This document shows, in pieces, positions 22,198 through 34,913 of a DNA stretch of 64,000 bases; the stretch's first letter is position 1; each line of letters opens with the position of its first letter. The translations under genes were made by a program, and so were the position numbers. The notes beneath the pieces were generated by a model. That model was given only the letters and a program-made list of their open reading frames with translations. It did not search any database and was not told where the DNA came from. Source of the DNA: Squalus acanthias (Eukaryota); the NCBI GenBank assembly GCA_030390025.1, contig JASTWF010000034.1, positions 2,418,001 through 2,482,000 on the forward strand. Direction: 5' to 3'.

Positions 22198-22712
22198 CAG
22201 CCGCCATCTTTGTCCGTATCCCCAGAGCCACGATTTTTGTGCGGGGCCCCAGAGTGGCCATCTGTGTGCGTGACCCCAGAGCCGCAATCTTTGTGCGGGG
22301 CACAGGTGCCGCCATTATTGTGCGTGGCGCCAGAGCCGCCATTTAGGTGCAGGTCCCCTGAGCCGGCATCTTTCTCCGGGTCCCCAGAACCGCCATCTTT
22401 GTGCGGGGCGCGGGTGCCGCTATCATTGTATGGGTCGCCGTGGCCGCCATATTTGTGCTGGGCTCCAGTGCCTCCATTTTTGTCTGGTGCTTCAGAGCAG
22501 CCATCTTTGTGCGGAGCCCCAGAGCCGCTATCTTTGTGCGGAGACCCAGAGCCGCCATCTTTGTGCGGGGCCCCGGAGCCGCCATTATTGTGCGTGTCCC
22601 CGGACCTGCCATTTTAGTGCTGGACCACCAGAGGCGACATCTTGCTGCTGTGCGCGGGGGCCGCCATCTTTGTGCTGGGCCCCAGAGCCGCCATCTTTGT
22701 GCGGGGCGCCAC
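22198..22712. repeat. 27-bp GC-rich minisatellite (gccgccatctttgtgcggggccccaga)n, ~19 units
   Basis: gccgccat-type motif recurs every 27 nt (e.g. 22524, 22551, 22578). Confidence 0.93.
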
Positions 22713-22766
22713 GAATTCAGACCCAGGGAGCTCTCAAGTCTAGGGCTGCAAAGTCTCCGCTACTTC

Positions 22767-25667
22767 TCATGCTTTAATGAATTTTACAATCAGAGTAAAG
22801 GGATATTTTCCCACATTCTTCAACTGCTCTCTGAACTTAGTCTGGGTCACGGCGTAAATTCCAGTGTTTGTGCAGCAACTCAGCAGCTGCAGCATGAATC
22901 CCAGTTCCTGAACATAACTAGCTGGATATGCAGACACAGATCCCAAATGCCATATCCGGCTCCATATAGAATACACCATAAACACTACCCATAACAGGAT
23001 GAAATTGCCGGAGATAACAAGCAGTAAAATGATGGATTTCCTGCGGCTCTCCATCTCTGGGTCTCTGGGACTGTCCCCACTGGTGGGACCCCTAAGTCTC
23101 CTGCGGGCTCTATTGGCCACCAAAATGTGTCTGACGGTGAAAGTATTGAGCAGCAGAATCACCACAAATGGGACACACGGGGTGATAATATAATGAAGGA
23201 GCTCGATTGTTCCCCAGACCCGTGAATACTGAACATCCATTGTGATATCACAAAACCACGGGTTGTTCACAAGCCAATACTGATCTGTGTACATAAAATA
23301 CCAGGTGATGTCCTTTAAAGCGCTCAGCACAGTCACTGTTCCCAGAACCACAGCCGCCGTTTTCTCGGTGCAATATTTAGTTTTCAGCTTCTGGCTACAA
23401 ATGGCCACAAATCGATCAAAGGTGAAAGTGACGGTGAACCAGACAGAACAGTCTGTGGCTGCGAACAGCAGGACGACGTGGATATTACACACGGGGATGG
23501 ACTGCACGAAATAAAACTGTTCCCTATAAACAATGGGAATGTGCCTCAATATCAGGTCGAGGATAACGACCAGTAGATCCGCCGCTGCCATGGCCACCAG
23601 GTAGCGAGTGACACATTTGGAGAGTCCACACTTTCCCCGAAACACTCACCCGTCATCGGGAACATCCTCCCCGCATCCACCCGATCCAACCCCTTCACAA
23701 TCTTATATGTTTCAATAAGATCGCCTCTCATTCTTCTGAACTCCAATGAGTAGAGTCCCAATCTACCCAACCTCTCCTCATATGACCACCCCCTCATCCC
23801 CGGGATTAACCGAATGAACCTTTTTTGCACTGCCTCGAGAGCAAGGATGTCTTTCCTTAAGTAAGGACACCAAAACTGTATGCAGTATTCCAGGTGCGGT
23901 CTCACCAATACCTTGTACAACTGAAGCAATACCTCCCTATTTTTATATTCTATCCCCCTAGCAATGAAAGCCAACATTCCATTTGCCTTCTTCATCACTT
24001 GCTGCACCTGCATACTAACCTTTTGAGTTTCGTGCACCAGGACCCCCAGATCCCTTTGCACTTCAGTACTCTCCAGTTTCTTGCCATTAAGATAATAAAT
24101 TGCTCTAGGATTTTTCCTGCCAAAGTGCATCACCTCACACTTTCCAGTGTTGTATTCCATCTGCCAAATCTCTGCCCACTTACTTAGCCTGTCTATGTCC
24201 CCTTGCAGGTTTTTTATGTCCTCCTCATTCACTACTTTCCCTCCCATCTTTGTATCATCTGCAAATTTTGATATGTTACACTTGGTCCCTTCCTCCAAAT
24301 CGTTAATATAGATTGTGAAGAGTTGGGGACCCAGCACTGACCCCTGTGGAACACCACTAGTTACTGATTGCCAGTCTGAGAATGAACCATTTATACCAAC
24401 TCTTTGCTTTCTGTTAGATAGCCAATCCTCTATCCATGCCAGAATATTACCCCCAATTCCGTGATTTTTTACCTTAAGCAATAATCTTTTGTGTGGCACC
24501 TTGTCAAATGCCTTTTGGAAGTCTAAATACACTACGTCCACTGGTTCCCCTTTATCCACTCTATATGTTACTTCCTCAAAGAACTCCAGCAAATTTGTCA
24601 AACATGACTTCCCCTTCGTAAAACCATGCTGACTTTGTCCTATTAAATTATGATTATCCAAATGTCCTGTTACTGTTTCCTTAATAATGGACTCCAAAAT
24701 TTTACCTACCACAGATGTTAGGCTAACCGGTCTATAGTTACCAGCCTTCTGTCTACTGCCCTTTTTAAATAAGGGTGTTACATTAGCAGTTTTCCAGTCT
24801 GCCGGGACCTTAGCGGAATCCAGGGAGTTTTGAAAAATTATTACCAATGCATCTACAATCCCTACCGCCACTTCCTTCAAGACTCTAGGATGTAAGCCAT
24901 CAGGTCCAGGTGATTTATCCGCCTTGAGTCCCATTATTTTACCGAGTACCACTTCCTTAGTGATTTTGATCGTGTTTAGCTCCTCTCCCCCTATAGCCCC
25001 CTGTTTGTCCAGTGTTGGGATATTCTTAGTGTCCTCTACTGTAAAGACTGATACAAAATATTCATTCAGTGTTTTTGCCATCTCCATATTTCCCACCATT
25101 AATTTCCCGGTCTCATCCTCTAAGGGACCAACATTTACTTTAGCCACCCTTTTTCTTTTATATAACTATAAAAACTCTTACTATCTGTTTTTATATTTTT
25201 TGCTAATTTACTTTCATAATCTATCTTCCCTTTCTTAATCAATCTTTTTGTTATTTTTTGCTGCCTTTTAAAGTTTTCCCAATCCTCTGTCCTCCCACTA
25301 GATTTCGCTACCTTATATGCCCTTGTTTTTAGTCGAATACTATCCTTAATTTCTTTACTTAGCCACGGATGACTGTCCTTTCTTTTACACCCTTTTCTTT
25401 TCAGTGGAATATATTTTTTTTGGAAGTTGTAAAATAACTCCTTGAATGTACACCACTGATCATGTGTCGTCTTACCCTTTAATCTATTTTCCCAATCCAC
25501 TCTACTCAATTCCGCTCGCATACCTTCATAGTCTCCTTTATTCAAGCTTAGCACGCTTGTTTGAGATCCAACCTTCTCACCCTCTAATTGAATATGGAAT
25601 TCAACCATGTTATGGTCACTCATTCCAAGGGGATCCTTTACTAGGATCCCAATCGTCACTAAGTTCA
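22767..25667 (-). pseudogene. GPR139-like class A GPCR, exon 2 (25667-25643 + 23643-22767), split by CR1 insertion
   Basis: Acceptor tttctcacag at 25668; rejoined frame (V)NLVTIGIL-FRGKCGLSKCVTRYLVAMAAADLL; FTFDRFVAIC, PCVPF, CCTNTGIY motifs; six further hydrophobic segments. Confidence 0.88.
23645..25642 (-). mobile_element. Internal CR1 ORF2 fragment (late endonuclease to post-RT), one frameshift
   Basis: ORFs 25135-25642 and 23552-25147 with KSPGPDG, DFQKAFD, GVPQGSVLGP, FADD; no 3' UTR or tail. Confidence 0.95.
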
Positions 25668-26982
25668 CTGTGAGAAAGTTAAATAAACAGAGAAATTATT
25701 CATCAGGCTGGGAGCAAAAGCAGCAGTTTGATGGAATTCGGGGTGAAATCTGCAACTCATTACCCACATTGAATAATAAAATCTAATTCTATTACCTGTG
25801 GAGCTGAATACAGGGCTTATTGTAAGAATAATCGGAAATACATTGTGGAATCAATAAATGAAATGGAATAAATACAACATGAAAGTAACCGATGTTTGAT
25901 CAAGGAGAGATTAAATGATCGATCTACATTTAGCCCAGCAGAGAAAAGCACCGCCCAAGGTACCAGGGACACAAAGGACCAGACCCTCTCAGGGAGCCTT
26001 CGTGTCCCGGGATCAGTCAGCATTTGGAGCGGTGCAGTTCGCTTCTGTGCCCCTGTGTTAGGGAGGGGGAAATCCCGCTTGGATTCCTGCTCTTGGTCAG
26101 AATATCCATTTTATTCAGAACTGAAAATGAATGCAAGAGCAAAATACAGAAACTGCAACCTTGGCATGCAATAATTACAGGCAATTGTATATAAAAGGTA
26201 CGGATGTAATACGACAATGCTAAGATAATAAATACAAGTACACTGCAGTTATAAAGATAACTGGGCTATCAGATATGTTTTGAAGATTGAGTTTTCTGCA
26301 TTTTTGTTGAAATACACATATTCTAGCTAATTGAAAGGAAGATTTGCCAAGTTGCATTGCAAATAATGGACTCTGAATTAAAGTAAATAGTGATGATTGA
26401 CCAGGTAATGTCCCACTAAATGCATTTATCCGCATCGAAATCAGACAATTTATCCCACAGGCAAAGTACCGCCAAATGCCGTTGTAAAGTATCTGAACAC
26501 AAATGGAAGAGATTTATCCTTGTACTTTTTCACCTGTTGTTTCCAACTTGTGGAGAGAATATTAGACGAGAAGATATCAAAGGATTTTCTTATCCTCAGT
26601 ACTTCAGTTACAATCAGCTGGGATTGTTTATCCTGAAGTACAGCAGGAGGCAATAGAGAATCACTCTGGGTCTCACTGACAGAGCCACTGAACTGTGACA
26701 GACGGGCATGGGATCCAATTGTAAATTCAAAACAATGATCAGAAAGAAATGTATTGAAATCTGGCTGAATTAACGTTTTGTGAGAATGTAAATTATCCTT
26801 GTAATCTTACTTTAACCATCAGAAGCAGTGCCAATAATGCAGAACTGGAGAGGGTGGGAAAGGAGACACTGACTGGAACTGAATGATTAGCGGATATTTC
26901 AGACATTTACAGAGGTGGATGTGATCTGCCAGGATTTGTTCCTGTGACTCTGTAAGTAACCATACCGAGCATTAGGTGAAAT

Positions 26983-27115
26983 CAAAAGCAAAATACTGCG
27001 GATACTGGAAATCTGAAATGAAAACAGAAAATGATGGAAATACTCAGCGGGTCAGACATCATCTGTGGAGAGAGAGAGAAACAGAGTTAACATTTCAGGT
27101 CGATGGCCTTTCGCC
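26983..27115 (-). mobile_element. Penelope-like terminal-repeat fragment
   Basis: Similar to 34230-34355. Confidence 0.65.
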
Positions 27116-27338
27116 ATTAGGTGAAAAGTCTCCTAAACCAAGACAGCATTCTTCTGATCTGATACAAATGTTCAGTGTCGGTAGCAGACTGAAATTCGTT
27201 AAATAAAGAGTCACCTCCAATAAATTTACTTGAGTTGAACATTTGAATCTTGGTAACACGAAATCACCTTCAGAATCAATAGCTGACAGCAGCGCGGATG
27301 GGATGGGGAACGATAAATATAGAAACACAGATAATCAT

Positions 27339-28990
27339 GGGGGGAAAAAGTCGGTTGGTTAGCACCTCCCCTGAGCACCTTCGGGGGGAGGGGTAACGGG
27401 GCGATAGGAGCTTAGCGCCCTAGCGCGGCTATATTAGCACCTCTCACGAAGTTGACCAGTCATTTTGCGCTGGCACTAAACACTGCCGCCACGATCTCCT
27501 GCGCCTGCAGATCGTGACATCAGTCGAGCGTGCAACGCCCCGGTAATGCCTCGGACTGAAAATTGAGTCCCGTCCCCTGCCTTACCGCCTGCTGCAAGGA
27601 ACGACACTTTAGATGGGGAATGTTTTCAAGTCGGGAAGGGGCTGGGGGAGCGCTATTTGAAGGCAGTTGCCTCCTGCCGTTTCTTGTCGGCGAAATTTTT
27701 GTTACATGCAGGTTGAGAGACGTCTGGAGAGATTCGACGCTCACCGAAGGAGTTTTGGGTCCTGAGCACCAATTTGGAGGTTTTTTTTATTTCACCTTCT
27801 AACGATATTTAGAAGCTTCGATAGGGGCTTCACTAACTTGGGGCGTGTTCGTCGTCCAGCTTCACCTTCGGAGACCGCAGAGACGCAGAGAGAGAGAGTG
27901 GCAAACGCGACCAGAGGGAGGAGGGCCAACATGAGACCTTATCCTCCCAGGGTATTCAGGGAGCAATTCTCCTCCTATATCCATTTGTATGAGGAGCAGT
28001 GTTTCCAATGACTGCACTTCAGCAAGGAGGTGGTCACTGAGCTCTGCCACCTCCTGCAACCAGATCTGCAGCCTCAGTTCAGGACCAGGACCTCTCTGTC
28101 GATGGCAGTGACGTTGACAGTGGCTCTGAATTTCTAAGTCAGCGGTTCCTTTCAGGCTTCTACTGGGGACATAGTGAATATCTCCCAGTTCGCTGTTCAT
28201 GTTGCATCTGAGTGTGACAAAGGCTTTGTATAAGAGGAGACGCCAGTACATCTCTTCCCATGACCCAGGACAAACAGCACGAACATGCATGTGGCTTTGC
28301 GAGGATAGTGTGCTTCCCCATGGTTCAGAGCGCCTTTCACTGCATGCATGTGGCATTGTGGGCACATCATGAGAATGCAGAGGTGTTCCGAAACCACAAG
28401 GGCTTCCACTCTCTGAATGTCCAGTTGGGTTGTGACCACAGACAGCTCATACTCGCCGTCAATGCCCGCCATCATGGCAGCAGCGACAACACTTTTATCC
28501 TGTGCCAGACCTCTTCCTACCATCGTGTCAACCTAGTGGATGGCTCCTCGGGGACCAGGGTTATCCACTCTGCACCTAGCTGATGACACCGCTGCATAAC
28601 CCCAACACCCCTGGCGAGTCGCAATACAATGAGAGCCATAGCGCCACCAGGAATCTCATGGAGCAGACGGTCGGCATCTTCAAACAACGGTTCCGGTGTC
28701 TGGACCACTCAGGAGGAGCCCTGCAGTAATCTCCCGAGCGAGTAACCTCTTCATTGTTGTGTGCTGCATGCTTCATATAATTGCAATCATGAGGAACCAG
28801 CCATTGCCACCAGGGATTGGTGCACCACCTGATGAGGAGGAGGAAGAGGGAGAGGTGGAGGAGGAGGAGAATCAGCAGCACCAACGTGGAAGGGAGGCGC
28901 ACAATGTTGCCACTGCAAAGGCCGGCCGTAAGTGGCTCATAAGACACTGATTCTAACCCCTTACTGAGAAGATGGCTTCTGGGATGAAGA
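27339..28990 (+). mobile_element. PIF/Harbinger DNA transposon remnant (HARBI1-like transposase pseudogene ~27870-28950)
   Basis: RPYPPRVFR, VALNF..GSFQ, FRNHKGFHSLNVQL, GWLLGDQGYP, YNESHSATRNLMEQTVGIFKQRFRCLD, VCCMLH, broken by stops and frameshifts. Confidence 0.88.
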
Positions 28991-28992
28991 AG

Positions 28993-29700
28993 CACATAGA
29001 AACATAGAAACATAGAAGATAGGAGCAGGAGTAGGCCATTCGGCCCCTCGAGCCTGCTCCGCCATTCAATGCGATCATGGCTGATCATTCAAATTCAGTA
29101 CCCTGTCCCTGCCTTCTCCCCATATCCCTTGATCCCTTTAGCCTCAAGAAATATATATATCCCCTTCTTGAATATATTTAATGAATTGGCCTCTACTGCC
29201 TTCTGTGGTAGAGAATTCCACAGGTTCACCACTCTTTGGGTGAAGAAATTCCTCCTCATCTCAGTCCTAAATGGCTTACCCCTTATCCTTAGACTGTGAC
29301 CCCTGGTTCTGGACTCCCCCACCATCGGGAAAATCCTTCCTGCATCTAGTTTGTCTAGTCCTGTTAGAATTTTATTAGTTTCAATGAGATCCCCTCTCAT
29401 TCTTCTAAACTCGAGCGAATACAAGCCCAATCGACCCAATCTCTCTTCATACGTCATTCCTGCCATCCCAGGTATCAGTCTGGTGAATCTTCGCTGCACT
29501 CCCTCCATGGCAAGAACATCCTTGCTCAGATAAGGCGACCACAATTGCACACAATACTCAGGATGTGGTCTCACCAAGGCCCTGTACAACTGCAGCAAGA
29601 CGTCTTTGCTCCTGTACTCGAATTCTCTCGCTATGAAGGCCAACATATCATTTGCCTTCTTAAACGCCTGCTGCAACTGCATGCTTACCTTCAGCGACAT
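28993..29700 (-). mobile_element. CR1 LINE 3' portion
   Basis: ORF 29095-29703; ttctatgt tail repeats at ~28995. Confidence 0.92.
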
Positions 29701-30121
29701 CATTAGGCCTCACTGTAACTGGCATTAATTACAGTAATTGAACAAACAGACTCATTGAACCATTGTCACCACCACACCTTACTGCAGCATAATCTAGCTC
29801 ACCTTATTGTACACAGTTTTAAATTAAAAGTGAGCGAGTACGTAATATTTCACCCGCCCATAATCATAAGAATATAAGAATTAGGAGCAGCAGTTGGCAA
29901 TATGGTCTTTCGAGCCCCTCATTGAATGAGATCATGGCTGATCTTCGACCTCAAATCCACATTCCCCGACACCCAGCCCATCCTGATACCCCTTGATTCT
30001 AGTAGAGTCCAAAAATACCGAAGACAGAACAGAGAGAAGGGAGTTTCTCTTCCTGTATTGATCTAAAGGTTTGAACAAAAGACTAAAAAGTGACAGAAAA
30101 AAGGCATGCATAATGTGTTAT

Positions 30122-30575
30122 CTGTGGCTCAGTGGGTAGCACACTCGCTTCTGACTCTAGAGGGTTCTGGGTTCAAGTCCCACTGCAGGAACATATAGCC
30201 CATAAATCTAGGCTGACACTCCAGGGGAGTGCTGCACTGTCGGAGGTGCCGTCTTTCGGATGAGACTTTAAACAACTGCCCTGTCTGCACTCTCAGGTGG
30301 ACGTAAAAGATTCCATGACCCAATTTTGAAGAGGAGCAGGGGAGTTATCCCCGGTGTACTGATCAATGTTTATCCAACAATCAACATAACAGAAACAGAT
30401 TAAATGGTAATTATCACATTGTTGTTTGTGGGAGCTTGCTGTGCACTAATTGGCTGCCGTGTTTCCTACAATACAACAGTGACTACACTTCCGAAAGTAA
30501 TTCATTGGCTGTAAAGCGTTTTGAGATGTCCGGTGGTCGTGAAACGTGCTATATAAATGCAAGTCTTTCTTTCTT
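30122..30575 (+). mobile_element. tRNA-headed SINE with Deu-like core and L2-type tail
   Basis: A box TGGCTCAGTGG, B box GGTTCAAGTCC, core ggtgccgtctttcggatgagac, tail gctatataaatgcaagtctttctt. Confidence 0.82.
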
Positions 30576-32899
30576 AACAGATAGAATCATAGAACGGTTA
30601 CAACGTAGAAGGAGGCCATTCGGCCCGTCGAGCCCGTGCCAGCTCTCTGCAAGAGCACTTCAGCAAGTCCCACTCCCCCACCCTTTCCCCGAAGCAGTGC
30701 AATTTTTTTTCCTTCAGGTACTTATCCAATTCCCTTTTGAAAGCAACAACTGAATCTGCCTCCTCCACCCTTTAAGGCAGTGCATTCCAGATCCTAACCA
30801 CTCGCTGCATAAAAAAGTGTTTTCTCCTGTCCCCTTTGGTTATTCTGCCAATCACCTTAAATCTGTGCCCTCTGATTAGCGACCTTTCCACCAATGGGAA
30901 CAGTTTCTTTCTATCTACTCAGTCCAGACACCTCATGATTTTGAACACCTCTATCACATTTCCTCTCAACCTTCTCTGCTCTAAGGATAACAACCCCAGC
31001 TTTTCCATTCTATCCACGTAACTGAAGTCCGTAATCCCTGGAATCATTCTTGTAAATCCTATCTGCACCCGCTCTAAGTCATTCAAATCCTTCCTAAAGT
31101 GCGGTGCCCAGAATAGGACACAATACTCCAGTTGAGGCCGAACAAATGTGTTATACAGGTTCATCATAACTTCCTTGTTTCTATACTCGAAGCCTCTATT
31201 TATGAAGCCCAGGATCCCGTATGTTTTTTTAACCACCTTTTCAAACTGCCCTGCAACCTTCAACGATTTGTTTCTCTGTTCATGCAACGCTTTTAGAATT
31301 GTACCCTTTAGTTTATATTGTCTCTCCTCATCCTTCATACCAAATTGTATCATTTCACACTTTTCTGCATTAAATTTCATCTGCCACGTGTCCGCCCATT
31401 TCACCAGCATGTCTCTGTCCTCTTCAAGTCTATCACTATCCTCCTCACTATTCCCTATACTTCCAAGTTTTGTGTCATCTGCAAATTTAGAAATTGTGCC
31501 CTTTACACCCCAGTCCAAGTCATTAACAAATATCAAAAAAAGCAGTGGTCCTAGTACCGACCCCTGGGGAACACCACTGTGTACCTTCCTCCAGTCCAGA
31601 AAACAACCGTTCACCACTACTCTCAGTTTCCTGTCACTTAACCAATTTCTTATCCATGCTGCCCCTGTCCCTTTTATTCCATGGGCTTCAACTTTGCTGG
31701 CAAGCCTATTATATGGCACTTTATCAACGTCTTTTTGAAATCCATGTCAACCGCATTCCGCTCATCAACCCTCTCTGTTAAATGATCAGGAAACACGTCA
31801 AGTTAGTTAAACACGATTGTCTTTGACAAATCCGTGCTGGATTTCCTTAATTAATCCGCACTTGTCCAAGTGACTGTTAATTTTGTCCCGGATTATCGAT
31901 TCGAAAAGCTTCCCAACCACCAACGTTAAACTGACTGCTCTGTATTTTCTGGGTTTATCCTTTAACCCGTTTTTGAACAAGGGTGTAACATTTGCAATTC
32001 TCCAGTCTTCTGCCAACACACCGTATCTAAGGAGGATTGGAAGATTATGGCCAGTACCTCCGCAATTTCCCCCCTTCCCTTAGCATCCTAGAATGCATCC
32101 CATCCGCTCCTGGTGACTTAAGTACAGCCAGCCTTTGTATTACCTCGTCTTATCAATTTTTAGCCCATCCAGTATCTCAACTACCTCCTCTTTCACTATG
32201 ACTTTGGCAGCAGTTTCTTCCTTGGTAAAGACAGATGCAAATTATTCATTTATTATCCCAGCCATGCCCTCTGCCTCCATTCGTAGCTCTCCTTTTTGGT
32301 CCTTAATCAGCCGCACCCCACCTCTTCATACCCGTTTACTATTTATATGCCTTTAGAAGACTTTTGGATCCAAGTTTTTGTTTGCTGCCAATCTATTCTA
32401 ATACACTCTCTTTGCCCCTCTTATTACCTTTTACACTTTCTCTCTGAACTTTCTATATTCAGCCTGGTTCTCACTTGAATTCTGAACTTGAAATCTGTCA
32501 GAAGCCCACTTTTCCTGCTTCCTCTTACTCACTATCTCTTTTGTTATCCAGGGAGCTCTGGCCTTTTTTTGCGCTACCCAACCCACACGTGGAAATGTAC
32601 CTCAATTGCACCCAAATCATCTCTTCTTTAAAGTTCAATGACAGTTTTGCCTGCTAATCTTTGATTTCTTTTACCCAAGCCAGCTCCGTTCTCAACTCAC
32701 TGAAATTGGCCCTCCTCCAATTAAGTACTTTTACTCTCGATTGCTCCTTGTCCTTTTCCATAGCTAATCTAAACATTATGATAATATGATCACTATTCCC
32801 TAAATGTTCCCTTACCGACACTTGCTGCACTTAACCTACCTCATTCCCGAGAACCAGATCCAGCAATGCCTCCTTCCTCTTTGGGCCAGAAATGCACCA

Positions 32900-33710
32900 T
32901 TCAGGATTGGGCTGGTAAGTGGCAGGTAACATTCGCACCACAGAAGTGCCAGGCATTACTATGTGCAACAGGCGAGAGTCTAATCACCTCCCCTTGACAT
33001 TCAACAGAATTACCATCGACGAATCCTCCAACATCAATACCCTGGGAGTCACCAATGGCCAGAACCTTAATTGGACCAGGCACATAAATACTGTGGCAAC
33101 AAGAGTAGGTCAGAGGCTAGGTATTCTGCAGCGAGTGTCTCACCTCCTGACTCCCCAAAGCCTTTCCACCATCTACAAGGCACAAGTCAGGAGTGTGATG
33201 GAATACTCTCCACTTGCCTGGATGAGTGCAGCTCCAACAACACTCAAGAAGCTCGACACCATCCAGGACAAAGCATCCCCCTTGATTGGCACACCATTCA
33301 CTGCCTTAAACATTCACTCCCTCCACCACCGGCGTACCGTGGCTGCAGTGTGTACCATCTACAAGATGCACTGCAGCAACTCACCAAGGCTTCTTCGGCA
33401 ACACCTCTCAAACCCGCGACCTCTTCCACCTAGAAGGACAAGGGCAGCAGGTGTATGGGAACACCACCACCTCCAAGTTCCTCTCCAAGTCACACACCAT
33501 CCTGATTTAGAAGTATATCACCGATCCTTCATCGTCACTGGGTCAAAATCCTGGAACTCCCTATCTAACAGCACTGTGGGAGTAACTTCACCACATGGAC
33601 TGCAGCGGTTGAGGAAGGCGGCGCACCACCACCTTCTCAAGGGCTGTTAGGGATGGACAATAAATGCTGGCCTCGCCAGCGACGCCCACATTCCAGAAAC
33701 AAAAAAAAAG
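32900..33710 (+). mobile_element. 5'-truncated CR1/L2-group LINE of a second family, with 3' tail
   Basis: YKAQVRSVMEYSPLAW..LKKLDTIQDKA; ends gccagcgacgcccacattcc plus A-rich tail. Confidence 0.85.
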
Positions 33711-34323
33711 TTCTCTTGAACTCATTTCAGAAATTCTTCTCCCTCTCTGTCCATTATACTATTGCAATCTCAGTCAATATTACGATAATTGAAGTCCCCC
33801 ATTATTGCTACTCTACATTTCTTCCACCTCTCTAATTTCCCTGCAGATTTGCTCCTCTACATCCTTCCCACTAGTCGGTGGCCTATAGAATACACCTAGT
33901 AGTGTAATGGTACCTCTATTGCTCCTTAATTCTAACCAAATAGATTATGTCTTTGACCCCTCCAAGACATCCTCTCTCTCCAGCACTGTGATATTCTCCT
34001 TAATCAATACTGCCACACCACCACATTTCTTTCTTCCACTATCTTTCCCGAACATCTTATATCTAGGAATATTTAGTACCCACTCCTGCCCTTTTTAGAA
34101 CCAGGTTTCTGTTATCGCCTCAAAATCATTTTCCTATGTGGCTATTTGCGCCTGCAGCTCACCCACCTTATTTACCACGCTTCGTGCGTTTACACACATG
34201 CACTGTAAACGTTTCTTCGACCTTACAATAGCAAAATACTGCGGATGCTGGAAATCTGAAACAACAACAGAAAGTGCTGGAAACACCCAATAGGTCAGGC
34301 AGCATCCGTGGAGAGAGAAACAG

Positions 34324-34360
34324 AGTTAACGTTTCAGGTCTGTGACCCTTCGTCAGAACT
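34324..34360 (-). ncRNA. Minimal type I hammerhead ribozyme
   Basis: AGTT-CTGACGA-AGGGTC aca GACCT-GAAA-CGTT-AACT. Confidence 0.78.
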
Positions 34361-34876
34361 GGAAAAGTTAGAGATGTAACAGGTTATAAGCAGGTGTCGG
34401 GGCAGGGAAAGGTGGGAGAGGAGGGAATAACAAAAGGGACGGTCTGTGATAGGGTGGAAGGCAGGATTGGTTAAATGTTGCAAATGGGAATGGCAGAATC
34501 ATCAACAGCTGCCTCCTGAATAAATGGGGGCCGAGGTTATGTTCTGAAATTGTTGAACTCAGTGTTGAGTCCAGAAGGCTGTAAAGTGCCTAATAGAAAG
34601 ATGAGGTGCTGTTCCTCGAGCTGACGTTGTAAGAGGCCGAGGACAGAGAGGTCAGAGTGGGAGTCGAGCGCTTGTCACTTTAATTCTCCGCTCCACTCCC
34701 ACTCTGACTGCAGCTCAGGCGGCAGCTGTTGATGATTCTGCCATTCCCATTGGCAACAATTAACCACTCCTGCCTTCCACCCTATCACAGACCATCCCTT
34801 TTGTTATTTCCTCCCCTCTGCCCCCTTTCCCTGCCCCTGCAACTGCTTATAACCTGTTCCATCTCTAACTTTTTCC

Positions 34877-34913
34877 AGTTCTGATGAAGGGTCACGGACC
34901 TGAAACGTTACCT
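34877..34913 (+). ncRNA. Minimal type I hammerhead ribozyme (one stem I mismatch)
   Basis: AGTT-CTGATGA-AGGGTC acg GACCT-GAAA-CGTT-ACCT. Confidence 0.72.

Noticed and set aside
22018..22994. Several long ORFs on both strands
   Set aside because: Arise from the 27-bp (9-codon) GC-rich repeat
23552..25147. 531-aa RT ORF as an active or domesticated gene
   Set aside because: Truncated CR1 ORF2 with a frameshift upstream, running out of frame into the GPCR exon
26017..26656. Possible nearer exon 1 for the GPCR
   Set aside because: No YYP..A..GVP-type TM1 sequence with a phase-1 donor was found between 25668 and 29700
30122..30190. tRNA gene
   Set aside because: A and B boxes belong to a SINE head that continues into core and tail; same for ~21480-21560
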